Origin: Synergistales bacterium
GTDB taxonomy: Bacteria; Synergistota; Synergistia; Synergistales; JAFGMB01
Direction: 5' to 3'
NCBI GenBank assembly: GCA_963666205.1
Contig: OY762654.1
Coordinates: forward strand, 704,001 to 768,000
Length of the DNA stretch: 64,000 nt
This document shows, piece by piece, positions 59,220 to 64,000 of the stretch (position 1 is its first letter; the number at the start of each line of letters is the position of its first letter). The translations under genes and the position numbers were made by a program. The notes under the pieces are model-generated. The model made no database searches. It had not been told where the DNA came from and saw nothing but the letters and a program-made list of their open reading frames with translations.

Positions 59220-60628
59220 TGGATAACAGCTACCAGAGCGTTATGAGCCGAAGGAACGAAATAATGAAAAAGGCCCTGGGTCTCGATTTTGATAAGTTTG
59301 AAAGAAAGGGTCTTGCTTTTGATTATGAAGGAATGATGGAAGAAGCCGGTTTCAGTATAGATGAAGTCAGGGCGATTCAGACAGAAAGTAACGTAGGGAA
59401 GACCCCCCTGATCGAATTGAAGAACCTTACCAACGCAGCAAGGGTTCTGGCCGGCCCAGGCAAAGGAGCCAGAATTTTCATTAAGGATGAAGCATCAAAC
59501 CCCTCTGGCAGCTTTAAAGCAAGAAGAGCTTCCGTTTCCTGCTATTATGCCGAAAAAAAAGGTTACCTTGGGGTTGTAGCGGCTTCGAGCGGGAACTATG
59601 GCGCCGCAGTCGCATCTCTTGCCAATATGAGAAATCTCAAATCCATCATTGTTCAGGAACTTTTCGACAGTCGTGGTGTAGGTCAGCCCGAAATACTGGA
59701 AAAGGGAAGAAAATGCGAGGCCTATGGTGCAGAAGTACTTCAACTTACTGTGGGACCCGAGATTTTCTATATTCTTCTTCGAACACTTGAAGAGACAGGT
59801 TATTTCAATGCTTCTCTTTACACTCCTTTCGGTATTACCGGGATCGAAACCCTTGGGTATGAAATAGCCGAAGAAGTTCGAACCCGCTGCAACAGAGACC
59901 CTGACGCTGTAGTAATAACCCACGCCGGGGGCGGCAACCTTACAGGTACGGCCAGGGGATTGATCAAGGCTGGAAGTTCAGATACTAGAATAATTGGAGC
60001 CAGTGTTGATCTAAGCGGACTTCATATGGCCAGTGACAGCGATTTCAATCGCAAGTCCTTTACAACCGGTCATACCGGTTTCGGTGTTCCCTTTACAACC
60101 TGGCCAGACAGAGCGGATGTGCCCAGGAATGCGGCCAGATCCCTTCGTTACATGGACAGATATGTAACCATATCCCAGGGAGAGGTTTTCTATATCACAG
60201 AAGCCCTTGCTCAACTGGAAGGTCTTGAACGCGGTCCGGCAGGCAACACATCCCTCACGGCAGCCTTTGCCATTGCCCAGGAGATGGACGAAGACCAGGT
60301 GATAGTGGTTCAGGAAACCGAATATACAGGAGCTGGTAAACATGTGACTGCACAGCTTACTTTCGCCAGGGAGAACGGGGTAGAAATAAGAAGAGGGAAC
60401 CCAAAAGAACAGGTACCCGGGAAAAATATCATAATCCCCGAAGATCCCGGCCTTATTTCCACAACAGAGATGGATATGGACGATCTCAGAAAATCGTATA
60501 TCAGGAACTCCCTTAAACACTATAACATCACTGCAGAAGAACTTTCACAGGAAGAAATCGAATTCCTGGCTGAGGAGATCAACAAGCCCGATACATTCGT
60601 AAGAAATATTCTTCAAGAAACCATATAG
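59219..60628 (+). CDS. ortB: 2-amino-4-ketopentanoate thiolase beta subunit (PLP)
   Basis: SY.SVMSR.NEIMK.A.G, KDEA.NPSGSFKARRA, GQPEI.EK.R.CEA.GAEV, FN.KSFTTGHTGFG, QETEYTGAGKH. Confidence 0.92.
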   Translation: MDNSYQSVMSRRNEIMKKALGLDFDKFERKGLAFDYEGMMEEAGFSIDEVRAIQTESNVGKTPLIELKNLTNAARVLAGPGKGARIFIKDEASNPSGSFKARRASVSCYYAEKKGYLGVVAASSGNYGAAVASLANMRNLKSIIVQELFDSRGVGQPEILEKGRKCEAYGAEVLQLTVGPEIFYILLRTLEETGYFNASLYTPFGITGIETLGYEIAEEVRTRCNRDPDAVVITHAGGGNLTGTARGLIKAGSSDTRIIGASVDLSGLHMASDSDFNRKSFTTGHTGFGVPFTTWPDRADVPRNAARSLRYMDRYVTISQGEVFYITEALAQLEGLERGPAGNTSLTAAFAIAQEMDEDQVIVVQETEYTGAGKHVTAQLTFARENGVEIRRGNPKEQVPGKNIIIPEDPGLISTTEMDMDDLRKSYIRNSLKHYNITAEELSQEEIEFLAEEINKPDTFVRNILQETI

Positions 60629-60638
60629 AGTTTTTTAA

Positions 60639-60684
60639 GTCAAAAAAGGGAGAAAGGGCTCAATGCTCCTCTCCCTTTTTTGAC
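60639..60684. terminator. Bidirectional terminator between ortB and xth
   Basis: GTCAAAAAAGGGAGA...TCTCCCTTTTTTGAC. Confidence 0.8.
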
Positions 60685-60715
60685 GATCTCTGAATGGGTG
60701 GCCTTCTGACAAGAG

Positions 60716-61510
60716 CTACTCCTCAAAGATAGATATTACAGGAGCATGATCGGATGGTTTTTCCCAGCTTCTGGGATCCCTGTCAACATAGCAGTCTATA
60801 GATAGTGATCCCAGGGAAGATGTAGCAAGTATATGATCGATCCTCCACCCTATATTTCTTTCCAGTGCATTTTTAACCCTGTAATCCCAAAAGGAAAATT
60901 CTCCTTCTCCTGGTCTGTGTTTTCTGAAAATATCAATAAAACCCCAACTCTTCACCTCTTCAAAGATGACCTTGAGATCCTTGTGAAAACATACATGATC
61001 CCTTTTCCTCTCCGGACTTGTAACATCAATGTCTGTCGGTGCCACATTCATATCTCCAACCCAGATCAGGTGATCTTCCTTTCTGAAGTTCCTGTCAAAA
61101 AGTATTTTCAACCTCTTAAGAAATATCAACTTATACTGATAGTCCTTATGGTCTATGGATTTACCCTGTGGGATATAAGTGTTTACCACATTGATACCCT
61201 TGATGGTGGCTCTTATCAGTCTTGTTTCAGCCAGAGGTTCTTCTCCATCTTCAAAACCGAAATGGACATCCTCTATGGGATAATTGCTTGCTATGGCTAC
61301 TCCGTTATAGGCTTTTTCTCCCCTGTAAACAACATTGTAGCCCAGAGAATCAAAAAAATCTGCAGGAAAGGTTTCATCAACAGTTTTGGTTTCCTGAAGA
61401 CAGAGAACATTCACCCTGGAACTTCGTATCCACTTTTCAAGAACAGGGATCCTGCTTCTGACGGAATTCACATTGAAAGTCGCAATTGTTATTCCTCCCA
61501 AATCATTCAC
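60716..61510 (-). CDS. xth: Exodeoxyribonuclease III
   Basis: TFNVNS, CLQETK, YNGVA, GDMN.A, FSFWDYR, GWRIDH, PSDHAP. Confidence 0.94.
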   Translation of the reverse strand: MNDLGGITIATFNVNSVRSRIPVLEKWIRSSRVNVLCLQETKTVDETFPADFFDSLGYNVVYRGEKAYNGVAIASNYPIEDVHFGFEDGEEPLAETRLIRATIKGINVVNTYIPQGKSIDHKDYQYKLIFLKRLKILFDRNFRKEDHLIWVGDMNVAPTDIDVTSPERKRDHVCFHKDLKVIFEEVKSWGFIDIFRKHRPGEGEFSFWDYRVKNALERNIGWRIDHILATSSLGSLSIDCYVDRDPRSWEKPSDHAPVISIFEE

Positions 61511-61596
61511 CTTCCCGATCCATAGATATTCCTTCTCCTTTCTATTGTAAAATATTAAGGGTGGAAAGGAAATACAGTAAAGGAAGGTATCAGCCC

Positions 61597-62628
61597 TTGA
61601 AAAAAAGGACTCATAATATTTTTATGCTATCAATAGTTATGGCCGTACTATCAGCAGGGTTTATTGGAATGCACATGATAGTAGGACTTTCGTGGATTGA
61701 TTCTCTATACTACACCATAACAACTCTTTCCACGGTAGGATACGAAGCTCCTCCAGAACTTACAGATGCTGGAAAAGGCTTTATCATAATCCTCATTATT
61801 TCAGGCATCGGTATAGTCGGGTATGCCATAAGTTCTCTAGGACGGCTGTTCATAGGCGAAAAATTGCTTATCTTTCTTGGGAAAGGCAGGGACAGAAAAG
61901 TGAAGGACATAAAGGATCACTGGATATTGTGCGGCCTGGGGACATTCGGAAGGGAAATAGCATCTCTCCTGATAGCTGAAGAAGCACCTTTTGTCTCCAT
62001 AGAAAAGGATACAGATATTGTTACAGAAGCCCGTATAAAGGACATGCTGGTAATCCAGGGAGACGCTAAACATGACGATATACTGATAGAGGCCGGCATA
62101 GACAGAGCAAAAGGAATAATTATATCGATGGAGGATGAAGCCGACGCTGTCTACACAACTCTTACAGCAAGATCTCTTAATTCAGATATCAGGATCGTCA
62201 GCAAGGCAAACAATGCCCAGTCAGAAAACCTCATGTATCGAAGCGGGGCTAACAAGGTAATTAACCCCGTTATAGCAGGTGCTTCTTCAATAGTAAGAGC
62301 CTCTTTAGAGCCCACAGTGGCAGACTTTCTTGAATTAGTGGGAATATCAAAAAAACTTGATCTGGATTTTGGAACTGTGACTATTCTGCCACAAAGCTAT
62401 ATGGTAGGCCAGACCCTTAGTGAAGCCCCCATACGTGCCATTTACGAAGCTACTGTAATTGCAATTATCCGACCAGATGGGAAAATCATTCACAATCCTG
62501 ATGGAGACCTGAGGCTCGAAAAGAACGACCAGCTCATCATTTTCGGTCAAAGACGGCAGATAGCCAAGCTTAGAAAGGATGTCTCCTGTATAACCTGCAC
62601 TGATACCATTGGAAATCAGACCCATTAA
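61597..62628 (+). CDS. Potassium channel with RCK (TrkA-N/TrkA-C) domains
   Basis: TLSTVGY filter, two TM helices, CGLGTFG, GDA. Likely TTG start at 61597. Confidence 0.88.
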   Translation: MKKRTHNIFMLSIVMAVLSAGFIGMHMIVGLSWIDSLYYTITTLSTVGYEAPPELTDAGKGFIIILIISGIGIVGYAISSLGRLFIGEKLLIFLGKGRDRKVKDIKDHWILCGLGTFGREIASLLIAEEAPFVSIEKDTDIVTEARIKDMLVIQGDAKHDDILIEAGIDRAKGIIISMEDEADAVYTTLTARSLNSDIRIVSKANNAQSENLMYRSGANKVINPVIAGASSIVRASLEPTVADFLELVGISKKLDLDFGTVTILPQSYMVGQTLSEAPIRAIYEATVIAIIRPDGKIIHNPDGDLRLEKNDQLIIFGQRRQIAKLRKDVSCITCTDTIGNQTH

Positions 62629-62670
62629 CTCACTATCGGCCATCCCTGAATATATGGCCGATAGTGAGTT
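62627..62670. terminator. Hairpin between convergent genes
   Basis: AACTCACTATCGGCCAT-N10-ATGGCCGATAGTGAGTT. Confidence 0.78.
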
Positions 62671-62705
62671 GAGGCTGAAAATTGCCAGGAGTTAACAAAG
62701 TTTAC

Positions 62706-63698
62706 CTACCCCAGGTAGTCCTTTCTTTCGATAAGACCTCGCACCTGGCCACCCTCAAGGAAAGCTTTCACATTTACAACTGCAGATGTCACTGCATCGA
62801 CAAAAGCATCCTTGACATAGTTGGAATTGTGGGGCGAACCAAGAAAATTAGACAGATCAAAGAAGGGATAATTAAGTCTGAAATCATTATCACTCCATGA
62901 TGGTTCCTCCCACCATACATCAATTCCGGCAAGGAAGTCAGGGTGGGTATTAAGATGATCATAAAGGGCTTTCTCATCCAGAAGAGGCGCTCGTGCAACG
63001 TTAATAAGGGTTGCATCTTTTTTCATGCTTTCGAGTTCCTTCCTGCCTATAAGCCCTCTTGTATGACGGGTAAGAGGAAGGGTAAGAACAATAATATCAG
63101 CTTTTTCGAGTACATGACCAAGGTCATTAAGGGTTCCGATAAAATCAACATCATCGGAAGTTCTGCCAGAAGTATTTATTGCCATGACCTTGACATCAAA
63201 TGGTTTAAGCAATTGGACAATGTCTTTTCCTATGCTTCCATAACCTATAACACCGACAGTTTTACCCCTGAGGTTCCTTAGCATATATCCATTTCGTGCA
63301 AAATCTCCCTTTGCCAGCTTGTTATGCTGAGGGATGAATCTCCTGTAAAGCGCCATTATCATGGCGACTGTATGCTCTGCTATCTGGTATGACCAACCTC
63401 CTGCATTACACGCAATAATAATATTTTCAGGTATCTCGGAAAAGGGAAGATAGTCTACACCGGTAGATATGGTCTGGAGAAGCTGAAGCCGGTCAAGTAA
63501 AGGATATTCATCCTTCCTTATTTCCCGGTTGAAAAAGAAGGAGACTACTGCATCTGCATTGGTAAGAAGTTCATTTCTGGCATCTTCTTCCTGGTCTGCA
63601 AGGAAAAACACACGAGCCATGCTCGATAAAACTGAACGTATTTTTATTTTTGACTCCTCCGACATAGAAGCTGATACTACAACCGATTTTTCTTTCAT
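62706..63698 (-). CDS. D-isomer-specific 2-hydroxyacid dehydrogenase family
   Basis: IAEH, GYGSIG, LPLT..T, INVAR, DVWW.EP, SPH. Confidence 0.9.
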   Translation of the reverse strand: MKEKSVVVSASMSEESKIKIRSVLSSMARVFFLADQEEDARNELLTNADAVVSFFFNREIRKDEYPLLDRLQLLQTISTGVDYLPFSEIPENIIIACNAGGWSYQIAEHTVAMIMALYRRFIPQHNKLAKGDFARNGYMLRNLRGKTVGVIGYGSIGKDIVQLLKPFDVKVMAINTSGRTSDDVDFIGTLNDLGHVLEKADIIVLTLPLTRHTRGLIGRKELESMKKDATLINVARAPLLDEKALYDHLNTHPDFLAGIDVWWEEPSWSDNDFRLNYPFFDLSNFLGSPHNSNYVKDAFVDAVTSAVVNVKAFLEGGQVRGLIERKDYLG

Positions 63699-63822
63699 AA
63701 ATCATTCGTCTCCTTTGAAATATTTTGCCCTCTCTAAACATTACCGAATCTAGTATTATGGGGAGGCATATAATAATTGTAAAAGGTTTTAAGAAAAAAA
63801 GGAATTATCCGGGGGTATAAAA

Positions 63823-64000
63823 TTGTTCGAAGATGTACAGACTCTTCCATTTATGCTGGTTTCAGGTGGTATATGTATTTTCCTCATCGGACTTGATCTA
63901 AGCACAAAAGCATTCAGAAAGGCTCTGGGAGAGCGGCTGAGCCACCTTATGTATAACCTCAGCCACAGTAAAAAGCTATCCTTTTTTTTCGGGATCAGTC
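63823..64000 (+). CDS. Na/Pi cotransporter family protein, N-terminal part (runs off the window)
   Basis: Translates ...GGICIFLIGLDLSTKAFRKALGERLSHLM..., resembling the GG...FL.G...S.......G..L N-terminus of this family. Confidence 0.55.
   Translation, partial: MFEDVQTLPFMLVSGGICIFLIGLDLSTKAFRKALGERLSHLMYNLSHSKKLSFFFGIS

Noticed and set aside
1-64000. CRISPR arrays, IS elements, integrases, tRNA/rRNA, defence systems
   Set aside because: I saw no repeat-spacer periodicity, transposase or integrase motifs, or RNA gene signatures.

Overview
Chromosomal window from an anaerobic, amino-acid-fermenting bacterium. Synergistota is my inference, from an outer-membrane FadL protein alongside Firmicute-like ThiT, OrtAB and Mmd genes. 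There are about 62 genes, and I found no mobile elements, rRNA, tRNA or CRISPR arrays. Contents in order: a Na+-pumping methylmalonyl-CoA decarboxylase operon with its epimerase; TPP riboswitch-thiT; gyrA-psd-pssA; an operon of AruI-like TPP decarboxylase, aminotransferase, betaine-type ABC importer and aldehyde:ferredoxin oxidoreductase; TetR-FadL; split transketolase; a class III ribonucleotide reductase whose glycyl-radical segment is a separate 52-aa gene missed by the ORF track; OtsA; a large GntR/TRAP/acetoin-dehydrogenase-like catabolic cluster with two DUF296 proteins and a split UxaA-family lyase whose small subunit appears to start at CTG; a pdxA remnant; a D-amino-acid-flavoured cluster (DcyD-like, Alr-like, IclR, TRAP, isoleucine-epimerase-like PLP enzyme, ortAB without oraSE/ord); xth; a K+ channel; and a 2-hydroxyacid dehydrogenase. 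All family calls come from motif recognition by eye; no searches were run.
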